Assembly: GCA_964512985.1 (NCBI GenBank)
Contig: CAZELI010000002.1
Coordinates: 11,252 to 75,251 of the forward strand
Reading direction: 5' to 3'
Length of the DNA stretch: 64,000 nucleotides
From: an uncultured Gammaproteobacteria bacterium
GTDB lineage: Bacteria > Cyanobacteriota > Vampirovibrionia > LMEP-6097
A program made the translations under genes and the position numbers. Positions 52,353 to 62,071 of the stretch are shown piece by piece. The notes under the pieces were generated by a model. That model made no database searches. It was given only the letters and a program-made list of their open reading frames with translations, and was not told the DNA's origin. The stretch's first letter is position 1; each line of letters starts with the position of its first letter.

Positions 52353-55040
52353 ATGAACGAATATAACCCTAAATTAATTGAAGCTAAATGGCAAAAACTC
52401 TGGGAAGAGTCTGGTATCTATAAGTTTGACGATAAACCTGATAATGCTAAGCGTTTTTATTCACTAGTAATGTTTCCTTATCCTTCTGGGAATTTGCATA
52501 TGGGGCATATGCGAGTTTATACAGTTTCGGATTTGATTTCCCGTTATAAAACGATGCAAGGTTATAAGGTACTTAATCCTATGGGCTTTGATGCTTTTGG
52601 TTTGCCAGCAGAGAACGCTGCTATCGAGCGTGGTGTACATCCAGGCAAGTGGACTGACTCAAACATCGCTTATATGCGTGATGAGCAGCTTAAACGCATG
52701 GGTACTAGCTATGACTGGTCGCGTGAGGTGATTTCTTGTCACGAAGATTACTATAAATGGACTCAATATTTATTTCTCAAGTTATACGAGAAGGGATTAG
52801 CCTATCAGAAAGAAGCGCCAGTGAACTGGTGTCCAGAATGTAACACGGTACTTGCTAATGAGCAGGTAGAAGATGGCATGTGCTGGCGCCATACTAATAC
52901 TCCCGTAAATAAACGCATGATGAAGCAATGGTTCTTGCGCATCACTGATTATGCAGAAGAATTACTTAATGACCTAGATAAGTTAGAACACTGGCCTGAA
53001 AGCGTTAAGACTATGCAACGTAATTGGATAGGGCGTAGTGTCGGTGCTGAAATTGATTTTGAAATTTGTCAAAGTGGCGGAGTGTCTGAGTGTCTGAGCG
53101 ACAGAGTAACTGACCCAGCCACCCAGTCACCCAGCCACTCAATTACAGTTTATACTACTAGACCTGATACGGTTTATGGAGTGACTTATATGGTGCTTGC
53201 ACCAGAACATAAATTAGTTAAAGGACTTACTACTAAGGATCGCCTTGCAGAAGTAGAAACATATATTAAAGAGTCTTCTAGTAAGTCTGAGATAGAGCGT
53301 ACTGCTGAAGGTCGCAAGAAGACTGGAGTCTTTACTGGCGCTTATTGTATTAATCCTTATACTGAAGAAAAAATTCCAGTATGGATAGCAGATTATGCTT
53401 TAGTAGATTACGGTACTGGTGCGGTGATGGCAGTGCCTGCACATGATGATAGAGATTGGGAGTTTGCAAAGGAATTTGGATTGCCGGTAAGGGAGGTAAT
53501 TAGAGTGACCGAGTGTCCGAGTGTCCGAGTGTCTGAAAGTTCAGTCACTCAGTCACCCAGCCACTCAGTCACTAAAAATGCTTACACTGGTCCTGGAACA
53601 ATGATCAACAGCCAACAGTTTAATGGTCTGGATAATGAAACTGCTAAGCAGAAGATCGTAAAATATGGCTCAGAGCAAGGCTTTGCGCGAGAGACTGTTA
53701 AATATAGATTACGCGATTGGTTGATTAGTCGTCAGAGATATTGGGGTTGTCCGATTCCATTAGTAGAAGCTGAATCAGGCGAGATAGTAGCTGTCCCTTA
53801 TGAATCGCTTCCAGTGAAGCTTCCATTAGATATAGACTTTAGCCTTGCTAAGTCTGAAGGTGGTTCTATATTGGCTAATAAACCTGATTGGTATAATGTC
53901 ACTCTTCCTGATGGACGTAAGGCTAAGCGCATCACTGATACTATGGATACTTTCATGTGTTCATCATGGTATTTCTTGCGTTATCCTGATGCTCATAATT
54001 TAGAGAAGCCATTTGCTAAAGATCAAGTGTTTCCTGTTGATCAATATGTGGGTGGTATTGAACATGCGATCTTACATCTCTTGTATTCTAGGTTTTTTAC
54101 TAAGGCATTACGTGATTGTGGGATGCTAGATTTCTCGGAACCTTTTACTAGATTGCTTTCTCAAGGGATGGTAGTTAAGTATTCAGAGAAAGAAAACAAG
54201 ATAGTGAAGATGTCTAAATCTCGCGGGAATGTTGTGGGTACTAATGAGTTCTTTGATGAATATGGTGCAGATGCAGCTAGATTGTTTATATTATTCGCTG
54301 CTCCAGTAGAAGCTGAAGTAGAGTGGGTTGATGAAGGAGCCCAAGGGCAATATAGATTTATTAATAGAGTTTGGAGGATGTATGCTGCGTTGAGTTCGGC
54401 ATTTAATACGACCTCATCTAGTGAAGAAATCGACTTTAATGCTCTTTCTCCAGCTAATCAAGAGATTCTCCGTATTTTTCATTTTACGCTTAAGTCTATT
54501 ACTGAGGATCTTAGTCCTGAGCGTAATGGCTTTAATACTGCGATTGCTCGTATGTTTGAGTTTGTGAATGCAATGTACAAGTATATGAACGCAAAGGGCT
54601 TTGATGTAGGTAAAGGTATATTAAATGATGAAGATAGTTTAGTAGTGAAACATGTTCTGGTGAATTTTATTAAAACACTTGCACCGTTCACGCCACACTT
54701 AGCAGAGGAACTATGGCAAATATATAGTGTCCGATTGACTGAGAGTCTGAGTGACCGGAACCCAGTCACCCAGTCACCTAGTCACTTAGTCACTAATTCT
54801 GTACACTTGCAACGTTGGCCTATATATAATCCTAATTATTTAGAATCTAAGACTGTTAATTTAGTATTGCAAATCAAAGGTAAAAAAGTAGATGTTATAG
54901 AAATAGCTAAAGACCTCTCAGAGAAAGACCTTGAGCAATTAGCTATGGATAATGAGAAGATGAAGAAACGTTTAGAAGGATTGGATATTAAGAAGGTTAT
55001 TATAGTACCAAATAAATTAGTTAATGTGGTAGCAGGTTAA
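52353..55040 (+). CDS. leuS: leucyl-tRNA synthetase carrying three in-frame repeat-element insertions
   Basis: 895 aa with HMGH ([11 protein letters not shown]) and KMSKS motifs plus a CP1 editing domain (TTRPDT). Confidence 0.95.
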   Translation: MNEYNPKLIEAKWQKLWEESGIYKFDDKPDNAKRFYSLVMFPYPSGNLHMGHMRVYTVSDLISRYKTMQGYKVLNPMGFDAFGLPAENAAIERGVHPGKWTDSNIAYMRDEQLKRMGTSYDWSREVISCHEDYYKWTQYLFLKLYEKGLAYQKEAPVNWCPECNTVLANEQVEDGMCWRHTNTPVNKRMMKQWFLRITDYAEELLNDLDKLEHWPESVKTMQRNWIGRSVGAEIDFEICQSGGVSECLSDRVTDPATQSPSHSITVYTTRPDTVYGVTYMVLAPEHKLVKGLTTKDRLAEVETYIKESSSKSEIERTAEGRKKTGVFTGAYCINPYTEEKIPVWIADYALVDYGTGAVMAVPAHDDRDWEFAKEFGLPVREVIRVTECPSVRVSESSVTQSPSHSVTKNAYTGPGTMINSQQFNGLDNETAKQKIVKYGSEQGFARETVKYRLRDWLISRQRYWGCPIPLVEAESGEIVAVPYESLPVKLPLDIDFSLAKSEGGSILANKPDWYNVTLPDGRKAKRITDTMDTFMCSSWYFLRYPDAHNLEKPFAKDQVFPVDQYVGGIEHAILHLLYSRFFTKALRDCGMLDFSEPFTRLLSQGMVVKYSEKENKIVKMSKSRGNVVGTNEFFDEYGADAARLFILFAAPVEAEVEWVDEGAQGQYRFINRVWRMYAALSSAFNTTSSSEEIDFNALSPANQEILRIFHFTLKSITEDLSPERNGFNTAIARMFEFVNAMYKYMNAKGFDVGKGILNDEDSLVVKHVLVNFIKTLAPFTPHLAEELWQIYSVRLTESLSDRNPVTQSPSHLVTNSVHLQRWPIYNPNYLESKTVNLVLQIKGKKVDVIEIAKDLSEKDLEQLAMDNEKMKKRLEGLDIKKVIIVPNKLVNVVAG
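53079..53140. repeat. octamer-repeat palindromic element inside leuS, copy 1
   Basis: ggagtgtc tgagtgtc tgagcgac agagtaac tgacccag ccacccag tcacccag ccactc. It encodes [21 protein letters not shown] just before the conserved TVYTTRPDT. Confidence 0.8.
53503..53573. repeat. octamer-repeat palindromic element inside leuS, copy 2
   Basis: gagtgacc gagtgtcc gagtgtcc gagtgtct gaaagttca gtcactca gtcaccca gccactca gtcact. It encodes [23 protein letters not shown]. Confidence 0.8.
54726..54794. repeat. octamer-repeat palindromic element inside leuS, copy 3
   Basis: agtgtccgattgactgagagtctgagtgaccggaacccagtcacccagtcacctagtcacttagtcact encodes [23 protein letters not shown]. Confidence 0.8.
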
Positions 55041-55043
55041 TTT

Positions 55044-55997
55044 ATGTTCATGAGAATTTTGAAAACAGTATTTAAGGTTTATATATTAATAGTTTTGCTG
55101 AGTACTCAAGTCTCTGCTAGAACTCTAACTACCCATCCTGTAACTAAAACTGAAACTACAGCTACAGTAATAAGTCCTTCTACTATTGTTTCTTTTGATC
55201 TAGATGAAACTTTAGTTGAATCTAATCATCTAACTAAAACTGAATTAAAGAAGGCTAAAGATCTAGGCTATGAGATTAAGACTACGGTTAATGGTCAGGA
55301 CTATGTGTTACGTCCAGGCGCCATGGAACTATTAGAATTCGCTAAGTCACAGGGTTTTACGTTGATGCTCTTTACTCATAATCTTCATAGTTATGCAGAA
55401 GATATATTAGAAAGTTCAGGCATGGCTGAGTATTTTACTAATATCAAATCGCATGAAGATGTAATTAAACCTTATAATGTTGATTTTACGAAGTACCCTA
55501 ATCATCGTAATAGAACTTATCCACAAAAATCCCCGTTAGAGGTCTATACTGTTGATTTATATAAAGCTTTTTTTGTGAATGGTTTTGCACGTATGCAAGG
55601 TGAGCACAATATTCAGAGCTATATACCATCTATCAATGCTGCCAAATATCCACCTCTCTATGGAGCAAGAGTTCATATTGATAACAGTAAAGAACATGTT
55701 GATAAACCTCTGGATTTTGTTGGCATATTAGTCGAACCTTTCTGTGCTAATAAAATAGAACCCCAAGACGCTAATGGTCACTATCTTTGGGTAGAGAAAT
55801 TAAAATCAGATTTAATATACCTCAAAGAGCATAATTGGGTAGAGCTTTATAAGCTTAAATACAAGAAAGAACCTATTGTTGATGAAGTCGAAATTCAATC
55901 TCTAGAACAACTTCCTAAATATCTTCTGAATTATTCCGCTGTCTCTATCCTTGGTCAATGCACCACTGCCAATGATTTGGATCTGTGCGTTAGCTAA
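55044..55997 (+). CDS. secreted HAD-superfamily phosphatase of the FCP1/NIF-like type
   Basis: Signal peptide and the DxDxT motif in FDLDETLVES. The last 96 nt overlap the flgH 3' end, so the true stop and C-terminus are uncertain. Confidence 0.55.
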   Translation: MFMRILKTVFKVYILIVLLSTQVSARTLTTHPVTKTETTATVISPSTIVSFDLDETLVESNHLTKTELKKAKDLGYEIKTTVNGQDYVLRPGAMELLEFAKSQGFTLMLFTHNLHSYAEDILESSGMAEYFTNIKSHEDVIKPYNVDFTKYPNHRNRTYPQKSPLEVYTVDLYKAFFVNGFARMQGEHNIQSYIPSINAAKYPPLYGARVHIDNSKEHVDKPLDFVGILVEPFCANKIEPQDANGHYLWVEKLKSDLIYLKEHNWVELYKLKYKKEPIVDEVEIQSLEQLPKYLLNYSAVSILGQCTTANDLDLCVS

Positions 55998-56564
55998 TTT
56001 ATAGCTTGGTACTTCGTTGTTGGAGTCTATGTCTTTAGGGAAGATGATGCCTCTAACATAAAGACTTTTAGTCTCGCCTTCCATGAGTATTTGTCTAGAA
56101 CCTTCTACTATCATATTGCCGCTTTCTGGGTCTATCTCTACAACTAAGCAACTCACCATTGCTGTAAATCGTTCTTGATTGTTTACTGATATATCTCTAA
56201 GATTTCTTCTAGAATAATTCACAGGTAATGCAAAATTAGTAAGCATATTAGCTACGTCATTAGTGTCAGGTGTAAGTGAACTGGTAACGGTCATAGCCAT
56301 CTGGAAAATTAAATTAGCATCGCTACGGACATCATTATCTAAAGTAACTTCTGCATTCTTAATAGATTCAACGTTTTCTACTATCTTGACGGTTACTACA
56401 TCACCGACATTCTTAGCGATGAAAGCTTCTATGTAACCTCTTGGGGCTCTGCTTATAGAATTGTTTCTAATGCCACCGCCATCTAATAGCGATACCGATT
56501 CTACTGGACTTAATAGTAACCAGCAGTTAACTAGCACAAATAAATTAAAGAGTGTTTTGCGCAC
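55902..56564 (-). CDS. flgH: flagellar L-ring lipoprotein FlgH
   Basis: 220 aa with the VGDVVTVKIVENVES motif, IVEGSRQILMEGETKSLYVRGIIFPKDIDSNNEVPSYKLANAQIQIIGSG and a C-terminal GIIQKIFRKLF, matching the FlgH pattern. Confidence 0.8.
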   Translation of the reverse strand: MRKTLFNLFVLVNCWLLLSPVESVSLLDGGGIRNNSISRAPRGYIEAFIAKNVGDVVTVKIVENVESIKNAEVTLDNDVRSDANLIFQMAMTVTSSLTPDTNDVANMLTNFALPVNYSRRNLRDISVNNQERFTAMVSCLVVEIDPESGNMIVEGSRQILMEGETKSLYVRGIIFPKDIDSNNEVPSYKLANAQIQIIGSGALTKDRDSGIIQKIFRKLF

Positions 56565-56593
56565 TAAATAAGTTATACCTTTGCTTGTATTGC

Positions 56594-57316
56594 CTATACT
56601 AGGTTATTTGTATTAGAAGCAAGCTTGCATGCTCCCCATAATGTAGGATACTCTAGGGTAGATTTTTGGATTTTTAGATCATAAACTAGGACTTGGGATA
56701 AATAAGACATGGCTTCTTGAATAATAGGCTCTATTTCTGTATCCCAGTTTTGGGTAGCTTTGGAGCCACCTATAACTATAATCTGCGGGGAGAATAAACA
56801 GGCTAAATTAATCAAAGTGTCTTTAAGAGAATTAGCTGTGGTAGTGAAGCTAAGGCGTAGCGCTGGAGAATAGTCTGTAGTAAATATTTCTCCATCTTTA
56901 TACAAGCCAGCACTAAATCCAGTTCCCATATTTATATAAAGTACACTAATGAATTGATTCTTTAATCCATATATAGCTTCGCCACTTGCAGCCAGTTCTA
57001 CGTCAGTAGCTAAAGATACTGGAAGCTTTGTGAGCTTAGAGATTTCTTGCCATAATGGATAACCAATATATTGAGGAAGATTAATGCTTTGTCTTAGAAC
57101 CTGCTCAGAGTCCCAGAAGCCAGCAGCACCAACTCCTATCTGAGATATATTTTCTAATTTAATATTTTTAATTTCTTCGCTAAATTTTTTTATAAACTCT
57201 TGAGGAGTTGGAGGAGTTTCATATTTAATAAGTTGTTTGAGCTTTTGAGATTCAAACAAACCTATTCTTGTATAAGTACCACCCAGGTCTACTGTTATTG
57301 CTCTGCCATTGACCAA
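56594..57316 (-). CDS. ROK/ASKHA-type sugar kinase-like protein (short)
   Basis: VDLGGTYTRIGLF phosphate-1 motif, GVGAAGFWD, and ATDVELAASGEAIYG resembling the ROK xNDANAAALGE motif. It lacks the usual C-terminal Zn motif. Confidence 0.5.
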   Translation of the reverse strand: MVNGRAITVDLGGTYTRIGLFESQKLKQLIKYETPPTPQEFIKKFSEEIKNIKLENISQIGVGAAGFWDSEQVLRQSINLPQYIGYPLWQEISKLTKLPVSLATDVELAASGEAIYGLKNQFISVLYINMGTGFSAGLYKDGEIFTTDYSPALRLSFTTTANSLKDTLINLACLFSPQIIVIGGSKATQNWDTEIEPIIQEAMSYLSQVLVYDLKIQKSTLEYPTLWGACKLASNTNNLV

Positions 57317-59262
57317 AATTTCTCATCTCCGATATAGAGTATACCTGAATTAACAATAGTATTAGCATGCCTCCCAAGTGTCTCAAGGTTAAGTAAAACT
57401 TTCGGTGATTTCTTAGTGGCTGAACAAATGACAAACTGCGGTTTGGTTAGTTCTACTAAAGTATTCAAGTAAATATCGCTCTCTTTAAGATTAGGAAGAA
57501 TTAGTAAATTAACTTCTTTAATATTATCAACTAAACCATTGAGATCCTTTAGGGAATTACGTTTCTTGATAATGAGAGTGTCTAGATTATTGACTTTGAG
57601 GTATTTATAATTGATTGTTTTGTCTTCTAAGATTTGTTCTAATTCTTTGTTCCCTTGTATCTTACCGTCTTTTATTATTAGCTTAACAATATTAGATGGA
57701 CATAAATTAATGGCTAATATCATTGCAATAGAGCTGATAATAATGCTTGCTCTAATATATTTATCGTTGAATAGTCTTTTAAAGATCCGAATAATAAAAT
57801 CATCTAATTTATCATCTTGAGATATAGTGTCGTTTATTACGAGGTCAGTCTTATTAAAAATACTATAAGCAGTCAGATTAAAAGCTATTATTAAAAATAT
57901 AAATGTTTCTGCATTGACATTTACATGGGAGTCTATACAAGGTAAATAGTTAGAGAGTTCTAGTAAATATTTAAAGAAATTAAGTAGCGGTTCTATAATG
58001 AAACAGAGTCCTAGAAAGGAAGTTACTGTTAGTACTGAAAATAAAGGTGCAAGTAAGAGGTTTGCAAGTATAGACCAAGCTTGCAGAGTATCAAAGTAGT
58101 ACATTATTAATGGAAGTAATAATATTTGGACGGCAATAGTTACTGATATAACTTCTTTAAAATAAGATGGAATGTAATTTACTTCCTTTAGTTTATTATT
58201 GATGCGCGGTGTCCAAATTAAGATAGCTAAAGTTGCCAGATAGCTTAATTGAAAACCAATGTCAAAGATAGTATAGGGATCGATTATGAGTAATATTGTT
58301 GCCAAGTAAATAAGGAAGTGCATGCTGCGCGGTTTACGCTTCATGAGACTAAGAATTAGAAATGCAGTAATTAATATATCTGCTCTAACGATTGATGCAC
58401 TAAATCCTGCTAAACCCGTATAAATAAAGCTGGCAACGATGATAATCGGAGCGGAGATTTGTGGTTTGAGTTTGAGAATATTAGCGATCCAGGTCAGCAT
58501 CAAGCTCAGCAACATTAAATTAAATCCTGATGCTGAGAATAAATGTCCTAAACCTAAATTAAAGATTGCGGGAACGATTCTTGGAGGTATCTCAACTACT
58601 TGTGAGCCTAAGACTAGGCTGGTGACGATTTGAGCATTCTCTGGACTTAGATATCTGCTGAAATATCTTTGAATATAGCCTTGCATTTCTTGTAGCCAAG
58701 AGTTCTTGTGACTAATGTAGGCGACATCTTTATTAGTAGCTTGATAAAATACTTTATCTTTCTTGTAAATCTTAGCTCTATTGCTTTTAAGTTTTTCTAA
58801 TGTGAAATTTTTACTAGATTCTAATCCAACAACATCATTAATGCTCAAACCCTTACTAGAATCGCTTTTTGCTAGGATTCTGTATGGTAAAAATATTTCA
58901 CGTATTTTCTCTTTTAGGTCAGGATCCTTAGCTTTAAGTTCAATAATAAAATCAGATTTAAAGAATTTTTCACGAGGATTGTTAATAATGAGGCAATAAT
59001 AATCTCCGCTGCGAATTTTATTGTTGATAATATTTTCGATATCCTGGAATTCTAGTTGTTCTGATCGTAGATTATAGTTAAAGAACACTAGTAGAAAAGC
59101 GATAAAGGTGCTGATAATTTCTTTCTTACGATGTGCCAGTGAAGTAAATACCGTCGTAGAAATAAATAAGCAAACTACTCCTGCAAGCAAAACTCTATAA
59201 TCTCCCAATACAAAATATATGGAGCCGATTATAGTGCCAATGGCAATCGCAAATAAGGACAT
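57295..59262 (-). CDS. comEC: ComEC/Rec2-family competence membrane protein
   Basis: 655 aa polytopic protein with the competence-domain motif LGLGHLFSASGFNLMLLS. I did not see an HxHxDH metallo-beta-lactamase motif in the C-terminal region. Confidence 0.7.
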   Translation of the reverse strand: MSLFAIAIGTIIGSIYFVLGDYRVLLAGVVCLFISTTVFTSLAHRKKEIISTFIAFLLVFFNYNLRSEQLEFQDIENIINNKIRSGDYYCLIINNPREKFFKSDFIIELKAKDPDLKEKIREIFLPYRILAKSDSSKGLSINDVVGLESSKNFTLEKLKSNRAKIYKKDKVFYQATNKDVAYISHKNSWLQEMQGYIQRYFSRYLSPENAQIVTSLVLGSQVVEIPPRIVPAIFNLGLGHLFSASGFNLMLLSLMLTWIANILKLKPQISAPIIIVASFIYTGLAGFSASIVRADILITAFLILSLMKRKPRSMHFLIYLATILLIIDPYTIFDIGFQLSYLATLAILIWTPRINNKLKEVNYIPSYFKEVISVTIAVQILLLPLIMYYFDTLQAWSILANLLLAPLFSVLTVTSFLGLCFIIEPLLNFFKYLLELSNYLPCIDSHVNVNAETFIFLIIAFNLTAYSIFNKTDLVINDTISQDDKLDDFIIRIFKRLFNDKYIRASIIISSIAMILAINLCPSNIVKLIIKDGKIQGNKELEQILEDKTINYKYLKVNNLDTLIIKKRNSLKDLNGLVDNIKEVNLLILPNLKESDIYLNTLVELTKPQFVICSATKKSPKVLLNLETLGRHANTIVNSGILYIGDEKFWSMAEQ

Positions 59263-59293
59263 GGTTCTATTATAGTTGATGCTATTAAGAAGT

Positions 59294-60397
59294 TTAATAG
59301 ACGTCTCTACAATATCTTTGTGTATCTTTCAGATCTTTAATATAAGCTTCTGCATTTTTGCCATGCATACCAATTATTTGTTGTAATACTGTATCTACGT
59401 CTTTTGCCATGCGTCTAGCATCACCGCAAACATAGAAGTAAGCGCCATTCTCTAGCCATTGAAATATTTTATTAGCCTGTTCTTCCATTCTGTTTTGCAC
59501 ATAGAATTTTTGTTCTTGATCACGGGAGAATGCAGTAGTGATTTCGGTACCATATTTAGCTTTATAAGCTTCAAGCTCATCTCCATAGATATAATCGTAA
59601 GCTTGTCTTTGATCACCAAAGAATAACCAATCCTTGCCTACCTTCATACCCTGGTCACGCTGCCAATTACGTTCTTCAATAAAAGCTCTAAACGGTGCAA
59701 TACCAGTCCCAGGTCCAACCATAATAATATTGGTCTCTGGATTTTCTGGTAACCTGAATTTATCATTGACATGCAAGTATATTTTAAGTTTCTTTTCATT
59801 CAATGGAACTCTTTCAGAAAGATAGTTTGAGCAAACTCCTAATACTTTTTGTCCATTGACCTCGGTATCAACTCTAGCGATACATAGTTGTACTTCTTGT
59901 GGGTGTGCTTTAAGTGAGCTAGCTATAGAATAAGCTCTGGCTTGTAGTTTAGATGAGTTCTCAGCTACTTCATTAGTTCCTAGTATAAGGCTACTATGTT
60001 CATTCTTAAGTTCTTTAATTAAAGCTGGCACTGAATAACCATTGAACCTTTCGTTCATTGTTGCTACATCTATTGCAGTATTGAGTTTAGTTTCAATTAT
60101 TTTATAAAGCTTATTGCTCACTCGGGTGATATTAACATCTTGAGTAAATCTTCTAAGTTCTTCTGCTTTATCATTATCAAGCTTAAGCAGTGACAATAAT
60201 TCATTGACTAAATTGATTTCGTTTTCTGGATAAACATATAGCGAATCCCCAGGTTTGTATTCTATGTCAGAACCTTTAAGACTGATAGAGAAGTGTCTGG
60301 TATCTTTACTAGAACCTGGATTATTGAGTTTATAGTTCTCAATTAACTCCGTCACAAAGGGAGTATCTTTGGTATAAGTCTGGGTGGCTGTAGACAT
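59294..60397 (-). CDS. CysJ/CPR-type FAD- and NADPH-binding reductase module (no flavodoxin domain)
   Basis: RAYSIASS (FAD-binding RxYS), GPGTGIAPFRAF, FYVCGD, and a C-terminal RYCRDVY like the sulfite reductase flavoprotein. Confidence 0.75.
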   Translation of the reverse strand: MSTATQTYTKDTPFVTELIENYKLNNPGSSKDTRHFSISLKGSDIEYKPGDSLYVYPENEINLVNELLSLLKLDNDKAEELRRFTQDVNITRVSNKLYKIIETKLNTAIDVATMNERFNGYSVPALIKELKNEHSSLILGTNEVAENSSKLQARAYSIASSLKAHPQEVQLCIARVDTEVNGQKVLGVCSNYLSERVPLNEKKLKIYLHVNDKFRLPENPETNIIMVGPGTGIAPFRAFIEERNWQRDQGMKVGKDWLFFGDQRQAYDYIYGDELEAYKAKYGTEITTAFSRDQEQKFYVQNRMEEQANKIFQWLENGAYFYVCGDARRMAKDVDTVLQQIIGMHGKNAEAYIKDLKDTQRYCRDVY

Positions 60398-60460
60398 AGT
60401 TACAATTTACCCCTAGTTTGCTAAAAAATCACTGGCTTAGTTTCAATCTTGCTGTAAAAA

Positions 60461-61906
60461 CTAGATTTTTGCTTTAATATCTAAAATAATACGCTTTAGT
60501 GCGCCTGCGCTTGGTAATTTAGACTGTAGCTGTCCATTTACGGTTTTAATAGAATGAATAATTGAGCTGTGTTTTCTACCACCGAAGTATTCTCCTATTC
60601 TTGAATAACTAATTTCTAGTAACTCATGACTAAGATATATTGCAATATGCCTTGCTCTGGTTATATCTTGTAGTCTTTTCTTGCTTATTAGGTCTTTATT
60701 CTTCAGTGAGAAATAATCTGCGACTGTTGAGCTTATTTTTTCTATGCTTAAACCTTTATTGCGAGGTTCACTTATACCACCAAATAATCTTGCAATAAGC
60801 TCGTCATCTACGTTCTCACCTGCAAAGTTCTTGTATGCAGAGATTTGGTAGAGAGCGGCTTCTAGCTCTCTAATGCTTTCTGGGTATTTTCTAGCGATAG
60901 TTTCAGCATAGATTTCATTGATTTCTATCTTAGAAGCTTGTGACTTGTTTTGCAAGATGGAGATTCTGTCAGTGAAGCTTGGCGAACTGATTTGACTTAA
61001 TAATGATGACTTGATTTTATTGTTTAAATTATTGCTGAGTTTGATTTCATCAATGTTTCTTTGTGCAGCGATGATAACCTTAGCGCCAGAACTAATTAAG
61101 GCATCAAAGGTATATAAGAACTCTTCTTGGCAAGTTTTCTTCCCTTCAAGAAACTGAAAATCATCAAACAATAATAAATCTAGATTGCGATATTGGTTTC
61201 TGAATTCTTGAGTTTGATTTCTTTGGATAGAAATTATAAGTTCATTAGTGAACTCTTCTGCTTTCACATATCTCACTCTCATTCCCGAATCGATTTCAGT
61301 GACTGAATTACCAAGTGCATGTAGTAAGTGTGTTTTGCCTAAGCCTGGTGCTGAATATATAAATAATGAATTGTAAAACCCTGAACCATTCTCTACGATT
61401 GCTTTTGAGAAGTTGATTGCAGATTGATTGAATTCTGCTTGATAAAGATTATTAAAGTTATATTTAGGCTCGAGTTTTGTTTTAGCTTTGCGAAATTGTG
61501 TGTTAACGGGATTAATTTTATCTAATGATGTATTGATAGTAGCTAAGCTTACTTGCACTTGATCTGAGCTTCTTAGTTCGTTTATTGAATAATCTAGATT
61601 CGGTTCAATCACTATGCGCAAAGCAAGAGCCTGAGCCATAACTTCGGTGATAGCTGCTTGTATTTCTTTTTGGTAGCTTTGTATTAAGAAATTACGTGTA
61701 AACTCGTTTCTGACAGCGACTACGGCTTCTGTTTCATTAATAGAACTTAATAAAGTTGGTCTAATCCAAGTCTGGAAGCTCGGTTTACGGATTTTTTTCT
61801 CAAGAACCAAGAGAACCTTAAGCCATATCTCATTTATTCTAGGATCTATGGCAGGGGTTAACCCTAGCATCGGGGATGCTTGGTGTTCAATTTGGTTTTT
61901 AATCAT
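60461..61906 (-). CDS. dnaA: chromosomal replication initiator DnaA
   Basis: 481 aa with AAA+ motifs (APGLGKTHLLHA, LLLFDDFQFL) and a domain IV HTH (RARHIAIYLSHELLEISYSRIGEYFGGRKHSSIIHS). Confidence 0.95.
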   Translation of the reverse strand: MIKNQIEHQASPMLGLTPAIDPRINEIWLKVLLVLEKKIRKPSFQTWIRPTLLSSINETEAVVAVRNEFTRNFLIQSYQKEIQAAITEVMAQALALRIVIEPNLDYSINELRSSDQVQVSLATINTSLDKINPVNTQFRKAKTKLEPKYNFNNLYQAEFNQSAINFSKAIVENGSGFYNSLFIYSAPGLGKTHLLHALGNSVTEIDSGMRVRYVKAEEFTNELIISIQRNQTQEFRNQYRNLDLLLFDDFQFLEGKKTCQEEFLYTFDALISSGAKVIIAAQRNIDEIKLSNNLNNKIKSSLLSQISSPSFTDRISILQNKSQASKIEINEIYAETIARKYPESIRELEAALYQISAYKNFAGENVDDELIARLFGGISEPRNKGLSIEKISSTVADYFSLKNKDLISKKRLQDITRARHIAIYLSHELLEISYSRIGEYFGGRKHSSIIHSIKTVNGQLQSKLPSAGALKRIILDIKAKI

Positions 61907-62071
61907 TATCAGACTTATTTAGCTCTTACAATCACCGAGCAAGTTTCCTTGCTTGGGCTTACTAATATAGCAGCTTAGACTTAAATCTGTCTCTAAGAAA
62001 TATTTAACTTGCTCTTCTTGATAATTTAGCTGGTAGCTAATTTTTGTTAAGTACTTAACCATTCTTTAACC

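Noticed and set aside
53079-54794. Octamer arrays as a possible CRISPR or tandem-repeat locus
   Set aside because: The period is 8 nt with no spacers. The arrays are arranged as inverted arms and lie inside an intact essential gene. This is not CRISPR-like.
57252-57434. 60 aa minus-strand ORF at the comEC / ROK-kinase junction
   Set aside because: It is an alternative frame overlapping the comEC 3' end and the kinase 5' end, with no motif support.
61907-62071. Calling this spacer oriC because it adjoins dnaA
   Set aside because: I saw no DnaA-box cluster or AT-rich unwinding repeats by eye, so an origin call would rest on adjacency alone.
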